DNA of 64,000 nucleotides, taken from Desulfococcaceae bacterium (GTDB lineage Bacteria; Desulfobacterota; Desulfobacteria; Desulfobacterales; Desulfosalsimonadaceae). Positions 39,664 to 48,942 of this stretch are shown here, piece after piece (the stretch's first letter is position 1; each line of letters starts with the position of its first letter). Below the pieces are notes generated by a model. It had not been told where the DNA came from. It searched no databases and saw only the letters and a program-made list of their open reading frames with translations. The DNA is taken from the NCBI GenBank assembly GCA_030145385.1, contig JAQYVU010000007.1:17930-81929 (forward strand), written 5' to 3'. Made by a program: the position numbers and the translations under genes.

Positions 39664-40545
39664 TTAATTACTATTTGTTGTATTATTCTGCGCATATCGT
39701 ATTTCATTTAATATCTTTTTACCGCCGGCTTCTAAAATTCTTTTTCCAAGGTTCTTTCCGATTTCAGTTGCAATTTTTTTTTCTCCGATCAAAATTTTTT
39801 TCAACATTATATTGCCGTTGAGGCTCACTATGCCTGCCGTCAGCCGAACCATTCCTCCGATACTTTCACCAAGTGCAAATACAGGTATACTGCATCCGCC
39901 CTCCAGTTCCCTGAGGAAGGCACGTTCTGCTATCAGAGCAGATTCTGTCGGTGCGTGATTAACGCATTGTCTTATCTGCGTCTTAAGAGTTGAATCAATA
40001 GACGTGTATGCCTCAATTGCGATGCTCCCTTGTCCCGCGGGCGGAACAAATTCGGTTTCAGGAAATCTATATACAATCAGATTGTCGTAATTCATTCGTT
40101 TCACACCGGCATATGCAAGTATCAGGGCATCACACGCTCCGGACTTCATTTTGTTAATACGAGTCTGGAGATTACCTCTCATGTTCACAGTTTTGATGTG
40201 CGGATAAAAATGTTTGAGCATGGCCACTCTTCTGACGGAAGAAGTTCCGATACATATCCGCGCCTCCTTGCTTTCAGGAGACAATAGAGTGTCAAAACTC
40301 ACAAGTACATCATTGACTTTTTCACGTTTGGTAAACGCTATCAGGCTAAATCCGTCAGGCAGCGATGACGGCATATCCTTTGCACTGTGAACAGCGATAT
40401 CGACTTCTCCATTTATCAACATGGTTTCAATTTCTTCGGTAAAAACACCCTTACTACCGATTTTGGCAATTGGTGTATTTAAAATCTTATCACCAAGGGT
40501 ATCTATCGTTACAATTTCAGTTGCCAAACCCTTTTGATTGAGCAT
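39664..40545 (-). CDS. hemC: Hydroxymethylbilane synthase (porphobilinogen deaminase). The true N-terminus is probably ~20-28 codons upstream of the listed ATG.
   Basis: ..DTLGDKILNTPIAKIGSKGVFTEEIE..L..GEVDIAVHSAKDMP.. The conserved N-terminal motif KIKIGSRKSKLALWQSE is encoded in-frame upstream of the ATG at 40545, before a TGA at 40633-35. Confidence 0.85.
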   Translation of the reverse strand: MLNQKGLATEIVTIDTLGDKILNTPIAKIGSKGVFTEEIETMLINGEVDIAVHSAKDMPSSLPDGFSLIAFTKREKVNDVLVSFDTLLSPESKEARICIGTSSVRRVAMLKHFYPHIKTVNMRGNLQTRINKMKSGACDALILAYAGVKRMNYDNLIVYRFPETEFVPPAGQGSIAIEAYTSIDSTLKTQIRQCVNHAPTESALIAERAFLRELEGGCSIPVFALGESIGGMVRLTAGIVSLNGNIMLKKILIGEKKIATEIGKNLGKRILEAGGKKILNEIRYAQNNTTNSN

Positions 40546-41430
40546 TGCAGCAACAGCTTCAGACTGCCAGAGAGCCAGCTTACTTTTTCGTGATCCGATT
40601 TTTATTTTATTATTATTTATCGTTTTGATAGATCAAGCCTCTCTATATCGTTATTAAATTAACGGTAAGCACATTTGAAAATACTAATCAAAAATTAGCC
40701 TGCGATTAACAAATAATGCTTTGAACACAATTGATATATGCAATTTAAATTTTAAATTTACATTGTATTCAAAGTAATTGTCAAGGAAAATAAATACCAT
40801 CAAAGTAACCTTTGAGCGAATTAAAATGCTAAAACGGGTATTTATAATATTTGGATTTTTATTTACCAATATTATTTATATTGTATACGTATTATTTATA
40901 TCCATTGTATAAAATATAAATAGCAACAAAATTTCAATGATAAAAACGAGTTTTAAAAGCACGCAGAAAGCAAAATTTTACTTCTTGTTAATTGGGGAAC
41001 TGCTGACAATACGCGGAGGACCAAACGTAATTCAGTTTACAGGGCACTTAAGGCATGAGCGACAGCGCTGGGCAATAAAATAAAAGCATATGATATAGCG
41101 TGGCAATTAAATTTGCGGATTGAAACTTTATCGGTAATAAAGAAAATTTTTTAATTTGACATTTGGCTTGAATTAATGAGGCAAAAAATATGGATAAATA
41201 CAGTACAGAAAGGCAGCGTGCCAAGACGAACATTTTAGTTTAGCCCACGAATTAAAATATCCTGAAACAGGAATCGGAAAAAAGCATTCTTCAGAATATT
41301 GCGTCAAAAAAATCCAGATTACTTGTTACAATGTGCACTGCCAAAACCATACTCACCAGGGCAGCGTTCAATAGCTATGCCTGTTCTTTAGCCCGAAAGG
41401 CTATATCAAAATCTTGTGGTTTGATCTTTT

Positions 41431-41463
41431 AAGAAAAACCCCTGATATCCAGAAAAATATCAG
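41431..41463 (-). terminator. Rho-independent terminator downstream of the mscS-like gene (the hairpin also reads as a terminator on the + strand)
   Basis: The minus strand reads CTGATATttttctggATATCAGgggtttttctt. The stem is at 41442-48 / 41457-63. Confidence 0.5.
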
Positions 41464-41635
41464 TTTTTTCATTGTGGGCTGGAGTCGTGATACACCTGTA
41501 CGATCTTGAATCCTGAGTGTTCCAAAAAATCAACAAACCTGTCCAATTTTTCAGTAATTGAATTGGGACTTTGTGTCTATTTATCTTCTCATTGAAGACA
41601 CAAATCCATTTAATGACCGATGCACCAATACATCC

Positions 41636-42469
41636 TTAAGTCGTTTGACCGGTATTTGACACAATACGAACATCTCGTTGCGGAAAGGGTATCGTAATTC
41701 CGGCGTCTTTTAACTTTTTATATATTTCTAAGTTTACCGAATAAAGCGTATTAAAATAATCTTTTGTCGGAACCCAGTAGCGCATGCCGATATTGATCGC
41801 TGAATCTGCGTATTCCTCAATCCCGACCTGGGCGGACGGGTCTGTCGGAATTTTGGAAAAAGAAGCCAGAATGTCACGGATAATGGCAATTGCCTTTTCC
41901 GGATCATCATCATAGGAGATACCAATAGACGCTTCCACAACTTTATTTTCAAATGAGTTGGTCAGCACTTCCCCCACGATCTGCTTGTTCGGAATGGTGA
42001 TTTTTTCACCGTCTTCTGTTGAAAGAATGGTCGTTGAAAGCGTCACTTCTTCCACAACGCCGCTGATTCCGAGAATTGAAATCGTATTACCGACTACAAA
42101 CGGCCGGGTCATGATTATCACCAGCCCTGCCCCGTAATTGGACAGCGGCCCCTGCAATGCAAAACTGGCCCCAAAAGCCATGGCCCCCAACGCCGCGATG
42201 AGAGGGGCCACTGAAATCCCGAATTTTCCCAAAGCCATAATAATGACAAAACATAAAACAACTATCTTGACAAGCCGTGCCAGAAAGATGGTCAGGGTGA
42301 CATCCATCCCTTTTTTTTCGCACAACCGGATCACAAGTCTTGACAGCCAGCCGGCAATATAAATCCCGATTCCGAGTATGATCAGGGCCCCGACAATCTG
42401 AAAACTGTAACGCACACAAAAATCTATTATAATCGTCACTACTTTCTGCACCTGGGTAATCTCTTCCAT
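41636..42469 (-). CDS. mscS: Small-conductance mechanosensitive channel (MscS family)
   Basis: 277 aa. Three N-terminal TM helices, then the conserved ..PFVVGNTISILGISGVVEEVTLSTTILSTEDGEKITIPNKQI.. beta-domain. Confidence 0.85.
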   Translation of the reverse strand: MEEITQVQKVVTIIIDFCVRYSFQIVGALIILGIGIYIAGWLSRLVIRLCEKKGMDVTLTIFLARLVKIVVLCFVIIMALGKFGISVAPLIAALGAMAFGASFALQGPLSNYGAGLVIIMTRPFVVGNTISILGISGVVEEVTLSTTILSTEDGEKITIPNKQIVGEVLTNSFENKVVEASIGISYDDDPEKAIAIIRDILASFSKIPTDPSAQVGIEEYADSAINIGMRYWVPTKDYFNTLYSVNLEIYKKLKDAGITIPFPQRDVRIVSNTGQTT

Positions 42470-42583
42470 CAGTCACCTCCTGTATATAATATTTTAAACC
42501 GTGTAAAAATGATCCAAATATGCCGTCAACAACGAAGATCGGGAAATTTTTCCTTTTCAAGTCCGGGCAGCGTTAACAGCTCT

Positions 42584-42949
42584 TCACTGTACCGGTATCA
42601 CCACGGACCACTGAGAATCACAGGCGATTGCAACAATATCAGCCGGCGAAACATTTGATGCTGCAACAACTTTTTTAGCGGCTGTTTTGGCCAGATCCCA
42701 CCTTTGCCCGGCATCCTGCTCAGCGCCACCATCCGGCAGCAGAAAGGTTGAGATACGTTCATCCGCAAAGGCGATGATTCTCCCGGAAACAGAAACAAGC
42801 GCCACCTTAATCGCTCCGCTGCCCAGATCGATGGCCAGGTCATATGGCCGTGCTTGAGTACGGCTGCTCGTATCACTATTGGCATGCGACATCTTAAGAA
42901 TCCGTATGAAAGCATCATAGAAGCGGACTGTCTCTTTTAACGTTTTCAA
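42584..42949 (-). pseudogene. N-terminal fragment (~100 aa) of an FGGY-family carbohydrate kinase
   Basis: ..YDLAIDLGSGAIKVALVSVSGRII.....GGAEQDAGQRWDLAKTAAKKVV....DIVAIACDSQWSVVIP is the FGGY N-domain start. The ORF stops after 121 codons, whereas the family is ~500 aa. No continuation is seen before mscS. Confidence 0.55.
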
Positions 42950-43156
42950 AAATTATAGCATTTAAATGATTAAAAGAAAATTAAATGAATGCAATAAATA
43001 TCCCTATAGGCTATTGATTGCATTTTGACACCCGTTCCAATTGCTTGACACCCTGACAGATTTCTGCCAATTTTTTTTTAATGTATTTAGATTTTATAAT
43101 GTAGGACAACCGGCGAAGGAATGTTAATCAAACGATAAAATCCCCTGGAGGCGAAC

Positions 43157-44119
43157 ATGTTAAAAACAAAAATAACGGATCTGCTCGGCATTAAATACCC
43201 GATAGTCGGCGGGGCAATGATGTGGATATCAAAGGATGAATTTGTTGCCGCCATGAGTGAAGCCGGCGGGCTCGGTATCATGGCATCGGCAAACTATAAG
43301 TCTAAAGAGTCTTTTGCTGAAGCCATTGATAAAATGAAATCGCTGACAGACAAGCCCTATGGCGTTAATATTAATCTCTTTCCCGCCATGACACAGATCG
43401 ACAATAACGACTATATAGATGTGATGGCAGACAACGGACTTAAAATCGTCGAAACATCCGGTCACCATGCACCGGAGGAACTGGTCGCCCGTTTCAAAGA
43501 TCTGGGGATGACCTGGATTCATAAATGCGTGGGCGTACGATACGCCAAAAAAGTGGAAGCCATGGGTGCGGATGTCGTGACGGTGGTGGGTTATGAAAAC
43601 GGCGGAGCCACCGGCAGGCTCGATATCGGCACGATGGTCCTGGTGCCTGTGGTTGTTGATGCGGTAAATGTTCCGGTCATCGGCGGCGGCGGTATTTCCG
43701 ACGGCCGGGGACTGGCAGCGGTATTATCACTGGGCGCGGAAGCCGCCATTATGGGCACCCGCCTGCTGGTCACCAGAGAAGCAACCATCCATGACAATAT
43801 AAAAACCGCCCTTCTCAATTCATCCGAGTTGGATACCATGCTGATTATGCGGTCTTTAAACGCCACTCACCGGGTTTTAAACAATGATGCGGCCAATAAA
43901 TGCGTGGAACTGGAAAATAAAAAAGCGGAGTTTCTGGAAATATACGAAGTCATCAAAGGTGAAAACGCCAAACTGATGTATGACAAAGGCATTGTGGGCC
44001 AGGGCATTCTCTCCTGCGGCCAGGGCATCGGCCTGACCCGCGACATTCCCACGCTCAAGGAGCTGTTTGACCGGATCGCAAATGAAGCGGAAAACACGTT
44101 GTTAAGATTTTCAAATTAA
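43157..44119 (+). CDS. Nitronate monooxygenase / FabK-like enoyl reductase family flavoprotein
   Basis: 320 aa TIM-barrel pattern: ..IKYPIVGGAMMWIS.., ..VPVIGGGGISDGRGLAA... Confidence 0.75.
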   Translation: MLKTKITDLLGIKYPIVGGAMMWISKDEFVAAMSEAGGLGIMASANYKSKESFAEAIDKMKSLTDKPYGVNINLFPAMTQIDNNDYIDVMADNGLKIVETSGHHAPEELVARFKDLGMTWIHKCVGVRYAKKVEAMGADVVTVVGYENGGATGRLDIGTMVLVPVVVDAVNVPVIGGGGISDGRGLAAVLSLGAEAAIMGTRLLVTREATIHDNIKTALLNSSELDTMLIMRSLNATHRVLNNDAANKCVELENKKAEFLEIYEVIKGENAKLMYDKGIVGQGILSCGQGIGLTRDIPTLKELFDRIANEAENTLLRFSN

Positions 44120-44232
44120 TTTTTAAACAGCGGCGCAATGTGACGTTATAAAGCTTCAAAATAACTTCATAATTGACGTTGGAGTCAATTGTCGGTCGGG
44201 ATTCCATTTTCAACAGATGAAATCTGTTCATT

Positions 44233-44260
44233 GCCGGGTAAGAAACCCGGCCTGTTTTGT
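44233..44260 (+). terminator. Rho-independent terminator after the NMO-family gene
   Basis: GCCGGGTaagaaACCCGGCctgttttgt. Confidence 0.55.
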
Positions 44261-44322
44261 AACAGTTATTTGCTGTTACAGTGGTGAATCGTCACCATGA
44301 AAAACTTTTTACGGGATCATCA

Positions 44323-45120
44323 CTATTTCCCGGTAAATACGGGATTACGTTTTTCTAAAAACGCAGCTTGGCCTTCCTGCAGATCATCGCTGTTAAAGGC
44401 TTCAGCAATAAACGCCTGAGCATCATTTAAATATTCAGAAGCGATCAGTGACGATTTTCCGATCATGTTTAAAATCTTTTTCGTTCCTTTTAATGAAAGC
44501 GGCGCATTATTTGATATTTCCTCCGCCATGGCGGATACGGTTTTAGAAAGCTCGTTAGCCGGAACCAGATAATTGACAAGCCCCATTTCCTTAATTTCTT
44601 TGCCGGTGTAAGTATGAGCGGTAAAAAATATTTCACGGGTTTTTGCTATTCCAATGACTTCGATAAACTGGCTTAATCCTTCCGGATGATACACAAGACC
44701 CAATTTTGCCGGGGGCATGCCTGCTTTGATATGATCCGCACCAATGCGGATATCACAACAGACGGCAAGATTCAGCCCGGCACCGAAACAATGGCCGTTG
44801 ACCATGGCGATCACCGGAAAAGGAAAATTCTTTATACTGTCCAGTGCCAGCTCAAGGGGATTGCGTTTCTGCAAAAGTTCCGCTGCTTCGGGAGAAAGTT
44901 CTGTCGGGATGGCGGAAATATCGTATCCGGTTGAAAACGCTTTTTCCGAATTGCCGGTAATAACGACGACCCGAACCAGATCATTTTTCGCCCATTTTTT
45001 CAGGGTCAAATGCATATCTATCAATAGTTCAGGGGTCAAAGAATTGCCCTTTTCAGGCCGGTTGAATTTAAGCGTTCCCACGTTATTTGTTATCTCTTTG
45101 ATCAACACTTCACGTTCCAT
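44323..45120 (-). CDS. Enoyl-CoA hydratase/isomerase (crotonase) family protein
   Basis: 265 aa with ..KAFSTGYDI.. and ..VNGHCFGAGLNLAVCCDIRI... Confidence 0.85.
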   Translation of the reverse strand: MEREVLIKEITNNVGTLKFNRPEKGNSLTPELLIDMHLTLKKWAKNDLVRVVVITGNSEKAFSTGYDISAIPTELSPEAAELLQKRNPLELALDSIKNFPFPVIAMVNGHCFGAGLNLAVCCDIRIGADHIKAGMPPAKLGLVYHPEGLSQFIEVIGIAKTREIFFTAHTYTGKEIKEMGLVNYLVPANELSKTVSAMAEEISNNAPLSLKGTKKILNMIGKSSLIASEYLNDAQAFIAEAFNSDDLQEGQAAFLEKRNPVFTGK

Positions 45121-45160
45121 AATCGATCCTGTATTTTTGATATTTCAAACGGATTCTATG

Positions 45161-45940
45161 CTATTTCTCTTTCCATTCAGGACTTCGTTTCTCCAGAAAC
45201 GCGCTGATCCCTTCGTTGGCATCTTCGGTTGCGCACAGACGGGCAAACGCTTCGTTCATATGTTCGAAGGCTTTATAATAATCCAGATCCGCTGCCACAT
45301 AAAACGCCTTTTTGGCGATCTGCAGCGCCTGAGGACTCTTTTGCGCCAGAATTGCCGCCCATTTACGGGTTTGGGTATCTAAATCCGATTCCGGTATAAC
45401 GCGATTGATCAGCCCCATGCTTAATGCTTCACTGGCCGGGATCAAATCACCGAAAAGCAGTAATTCAAGGGCCCTCTTTCTGCCCACGGACCGGGTAACG
45501 GGAATCACCGGGCCAATGCAGTTTAGTCCGACATTGATCGCAGTCAGACCCAGGCGGGCCTTTTCACCGGCCGTTGCAAGGTCGGCGGCTGCCACCAGAC
45601 CGGCGCCGTTTGCCGCGGCAACGCCATGCACCTGGGCAATCACCGGCTTTTTTATCCGGCTGATCGTCACCAGCGGGTTCTGCATGCACTCTATCCAGTC
45701 CCGGTATTCCATGACACTCTTATTGGCAAAATCTGTTATATCGATACCCGCGCAAAATGCCTTGCCCGCGCCTTTCAGGATAATCACCCGCGCCTGATTT
45801 TCGGCGTCAAGGTCCTGAAACGCCTGATCGAGTTCCCTGGCCAGCGGAACATTGAACGTGTTGAGGCTGCCCGGACGATTCAGCGTTATTTCAGCGACAA
45901 AATCATCTCCAATTTCAACGATAATATTTTCGTATTTCAT
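45161..45940 (-). CDS. Enoyl-CoA hydratase/isomerase (crotonase) family protein
   Basis: 259 aa with ..KAFCAGIDI.. and ..VHGVAAANGAGLVAAADL... Confidence 0.85.
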   Translation of the reverse strand: MKYENIIVEIGDDFVAEITLNRPGSLNTFNVPLARELDQAFQDLDAENQARVIILKGAGKAFCAGIDITDFANKSVMEYRDWIECMQNPLVTISRIKKPVIAQVHGVAAANGAGLVAAADLATAGEKARLGLTAINVGLNCIGPVIPVTRSVGRKRALELLLFGDLIPASEALSMGLINRVIPESDLDTQTRKWAAILAQKSPQALQIAKKAFYVAADLDYYKAFEHMNEAFARLCATEDANEGISAFLEKRSPEWKEK

Positions 45941-46918
45941 GGCATCCTCCTGAAATATTAAATATTGAGTCCAAAACAGGGTTATTTTAAAATATTTTGT
46001 CTTTTATTCCAAGTCAAAAGCCTGGCCTGACCCTATTGTATTCTCATCAACAATAAATTATTATTATTGAATGTTTATTATTTGTATGGATATTTTCTTT
46101 TAAGAATGAGTAAATGTGCGTTTTCCCGGTCGTTTGAAAATCGAAAATATTCTCTACTTTTCTTTGGCGGGCAAAGCAAAGTAGCAAAAGAAACCCGCCC
46201 TGCAGCATGTTCCCTCGATCCGCAGGTTTCCATGGCGGGATCAAAAACTCGATCAATCTTTGGCCCGGAAAGTTTATTTTATTTCTTGTTCACCTTTTTG
46301 CCTCTCAAAGACTTCAGCTTTGCCGCCGCTCAGACAGTTTGCTCCCTTGTCCCATGGAAACCAGCTTCTCTCGGCTATGCTGCAATGGGATTCCTCCGGC
46401 GTTCAAACTGTGGCACAAATGCTGTGAAATAAAAGTGGCATTTTGCAAGGTTGTTGAATTCCCCCTTTTGCTCCTCCGGAACACTGGCAACCAGTTGCCC
46501 GTGCCACCCCAAGACTTTTTGCCCACTCATTTTGCAATTTGCTAACAAAGTCTCTGATCAATACTCTTTGCTATGTATGGATACAAAATAAATGATGAAA
46601 TACTTTGTCGGAGTGCTTGCGCCACTTGAGATCCGTTGGTTTTCAAACGCGCTCTGCGCGGATAAATGGCAAGGAAACTATTTATTTCGTCAAACCCAAA
46701 CCCGGTACGGCAACATAAGAATAATGATAAAAATTGTTCGCCGAAAGGGTTTGCCCATTGCGATGCAGCCCTGAACCGAGGTTTGTGTGGAACAAGGGAG
46801 ACACTGTTTGAGCTGCGTTTACTCCGACAGTGGATTAACAAAAATGATTTGACCGAAGCTTTGGGAAAAGCCCTATCGAGGGCTATTGCCGTCAGCTCTA
46901 AAAATTATGAGACCTCCG

Positions 46919-47239
46919 TTATTCTGTTGAAACTAATTTGAGTCCCACTATTCCGGATACAATGAGAAGCAAACAGACAACCCTGAGGATGTCTCGTGAT
47001 TCACTAAATAGGATCATACCCAATATTGCTACTCCAACCGCACCAACGCCAGTCCATACGGCGTATGCTGTGCCTACTGGAATAGTCTTCATAGCCAATG
47101 ATAATAACCAAACACTAATGACCATACCTGAGACGGTCAGTAATGATGGAATAAGCTTTGTAAATCCAAAAGTATATTTTAATCCAATGGCCCATCCGCA
47201 TTCAAACAAGCCAGCAATTATCAAATAAACCCATGACAT
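46919..47239 (-). CDS. sugE: SMR-family exporter, SugE/Gdx type (guanidinium/quaternary ammonium efflux)
   Basis: 106 aa, four TM helices, [22 protein letters not shown]... with the conserved membrane Glu. GGGAG Shine-Dalgarno upstream. Confidence 0.85.
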   Translation of the reverse strand: MSWVYLIIAGLFECGWAIGLKYTFGFTKLIPSLLTVSGMVISVWLLSLAMKTIPVGTAYAVWTGVGAVGVAILGMILFSESRDILRVVCLLLIVSGIVGLKLVSTE

Positions 47240-47269
47240 GTTTCTACTCCCTGACCTGATTTTGTTGCC

Positions 47270-47660
47270 TCATCTCGCGGTAGGAACGCCGGTTACCCGG
47301 CACCCCCCGCACAGACCCGGACGTTCGGTTTTCCCGCATCCGATTCCTCGGTTGTACTCGCTTTCGCGCAAATCATTAGCATTATGTAAATACCCGATGT
47401 CGTTTGGTCGATAGTGGGAGATTGGGTTTAGCAATCCCGAGTCGCTCGATGGCCAATTAATTGCCTTCCAGGCAAAGCTTTTTCGCTTTCCACCTCGTCG
47501 GTTTAGCCATTTGAATGCACTTTCAATCGCCCAACTGTAAAAACGCCATAATGACCTTAAGTTGCCGACCACACTGTAATAATTGTAATGTCCGCGCAGC
47601 CGTCGATTCAACTCCGTTATGAATTTAATCCCCTTTAAAGTAGAAATATGGTAATATCAC
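47270..47660 (-). mobile_element. Group II intron reverse transcriptase/maturase relic (domain X and C-terminal tail only; RT domain missing)
   Basis: ..GIKFITELNRRLRGHYNYYSVVGNLRSLWRFYSWAIESAFKWLNRRGGKRKSF.W.. matches the maturase RGWxNYY region. The tail ..CGKTERPGLCGGCRVTGVPTAR is typical of intron ORF ends. The frame is closed by a TGA near 47668, so only ~130 codons survive. Confidence 0.6.
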
Positions 47661-47904
47661 GCAGTATCTCAGGCATTTGTTTTAATGCCTGTAAATATGT
47701 TTTCAATTTATCTTTCATCTGATGTCTAACTATGCGTAACCGACGCGAGGAGCTTAGTGACAAGCGTTCGGTTTACGCATTTGTTAGTCGAGATATATTA
47801 TTTGTTGTATTTCTTCCTACGTGAGCCTTCATTTCAACCATCACTTAAAGACAATAAGTAACGCAAACGGCGTTTCAATTGGTTTTTTTTCGATACCGCA
47901 GTGA

Positions 47905-48321
47905 CTATTTCTCCTCAATCGAAATCTTGAACTCAACAGTTCCCAACCCTCCCAGTTCGAGACCAGGATCTGTGCATCTAAATCCAGCCATAAAAGCGGT
48001 TATATCACCCTTTTGGTACATGCGATCTAACAACGATGTACTCTTTTCATAAAGTGGCTGAATCGCCCCCAGGCACAAGGGCGCCGTACTCTCCTGTGCG
48101 TTGATCTCTACAGCTCTATCCAACACATACTTCTGCCCAACTTGTAGCCCGGCATAACAATACTTGGAGCTGACCACTTCGGCGACCAATCGATATTTAT
48201 CGACCGCTTCCGTTGCGTTTAAAATAGTCTTTTCCATTTCGGGAGTCACTTTTGCCATATCCTCCTCTGTCATACTGAGAATCTCGACCGCGATTGCCTT
48301 GAGCCCTTCGTCTTTGATCAT
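47905..48321 (-). CDS. Hypothetical protein (possibly TIGR04076-like)
   Basis: 138 aa. ..KYCYAGLQVGQKYVL......APLCLGAIQPL.......FRCTDPGLELGGLGTVEFKISIE weakly recalls the TIGR04076 pattern. Confidence 0.4.
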   Translation of the reverse strand: MIKDEGLKAIAVEILSMTEEDMAKVTPEMEKTILNATEAVDKYRLVAEVVSSKYCYAGLQVGQKYVLDRAVEINAQESTAPLCLGAIQPLYEKSTSLLDRMYQKGDITAFMAGFRCTDPGLELGGLGTVEFKISIEEK

Positions 48322-48741
48322 GTCACGCCTCCTGTTACGGTTTGTTTATGACGACGTTTTATCTAATATATTACGACTAACATTAGTTATTCAACAGACC
48401 GGCTTCTTTTTGTCCAGAAACCGAATATTTTGATAAATTTTGGTAATATTACCAAAAAAGCACCAAATTATCAAAAACATAATAATTTAATGTATATCAA
48501 ATTGTTATTCCGATTTTGGTTTTTTGCTAAAAAATGAACATAGTTCAAATTGGTCGTTTTTTGTTCCAATTAATGCACTTCAAGAGAGAAACCATTGAAT
48601 TTTACTTTTCAATTAACAGCACGAGATTGCATACCATATATTGTGCTTGAGATTTGTTAAAGTACAACCAAATTAGATGATAATGATTTTTATAAATTCA
48701 AGAATGGAGATAAAACCGACAGTATTCCAGATTTTTTTTGA

Positions 48742-48942
48742 TGCGTGGACTATCGATAAAAACAGACAACATTCCCGCAACGGCCGCCAGTGCACATTGT
48801 GATAAACTTTACGGGATTTTTAAAAATCAAACATCCCACATATCGTGGTTGAATTTCCATAATATTCTCGAATCGCAGGTTGAAAATTATCTGACATTTG
48901 TTGGCCTGATCACAACTTTATTGATTTCCGCTACCCCAAGAT
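48742..48942 (+). repeat. Direct repeat, copy 1 (135 bp identical to 59520-59654, plus ~55 bp of diverged extension)
   Basis: 48752-48886 is base-for-base identical to 59520-59654 (checked by eye). Homology resumes at gatcacaactt..atttccg.taccccaagat. Confidence 0.9.

Noticed and set aside
10716-45797. Other long shadow ORFs opposite real genes (10716..11231 -, 16692..17021 -, 19522..19932 +, 27871..28326 -, 36300..37043 +, 42087..42560 -, 44744..45382 +, 45405..45797 +)
   Set aside because: Each lies antisense to, or out of frame with, a CDS that has strong motif support. None shows a recognisable family or a ribosome-binding site.
41101-46520. Additional TGGCA-containing sigma-54-like strings (tggcaattaaatttgc at 41101, ctggcaaccagttgcc near 46484, gtggcattttgc near 46435)
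   Set aside because: The GG-to-GC spacing is off by one or more nucleotides, and there is no downstream gene in the right orientation.
47270-47320. Group II intron domain V overlapping the end of the maturase fragment (hairpin GCCGG-GTAA-CCGGC with a GNRA loop)
   Set aside because: The flanking helix cannot be drawn with the 9-bp lower stem, 2-nt 3' bulge and AGC triad characteristic of domain V. No domain VI follows before the sugE Shine-Dalgarno.
47240-47345. Guanidine riboswitch (ykkC, mini-ykkC, ykkC-III) upstream of sugE
   Set aside because: It is expected from the gene's family. I found no pair of ACGR-loop hairpins and no ykkC-III-like CCGGACG...ACCCGG pseudoknot. The region reads cleanly as the C-terminus of a group II intron ORF. 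A covariance-model scan is needed for certainty.
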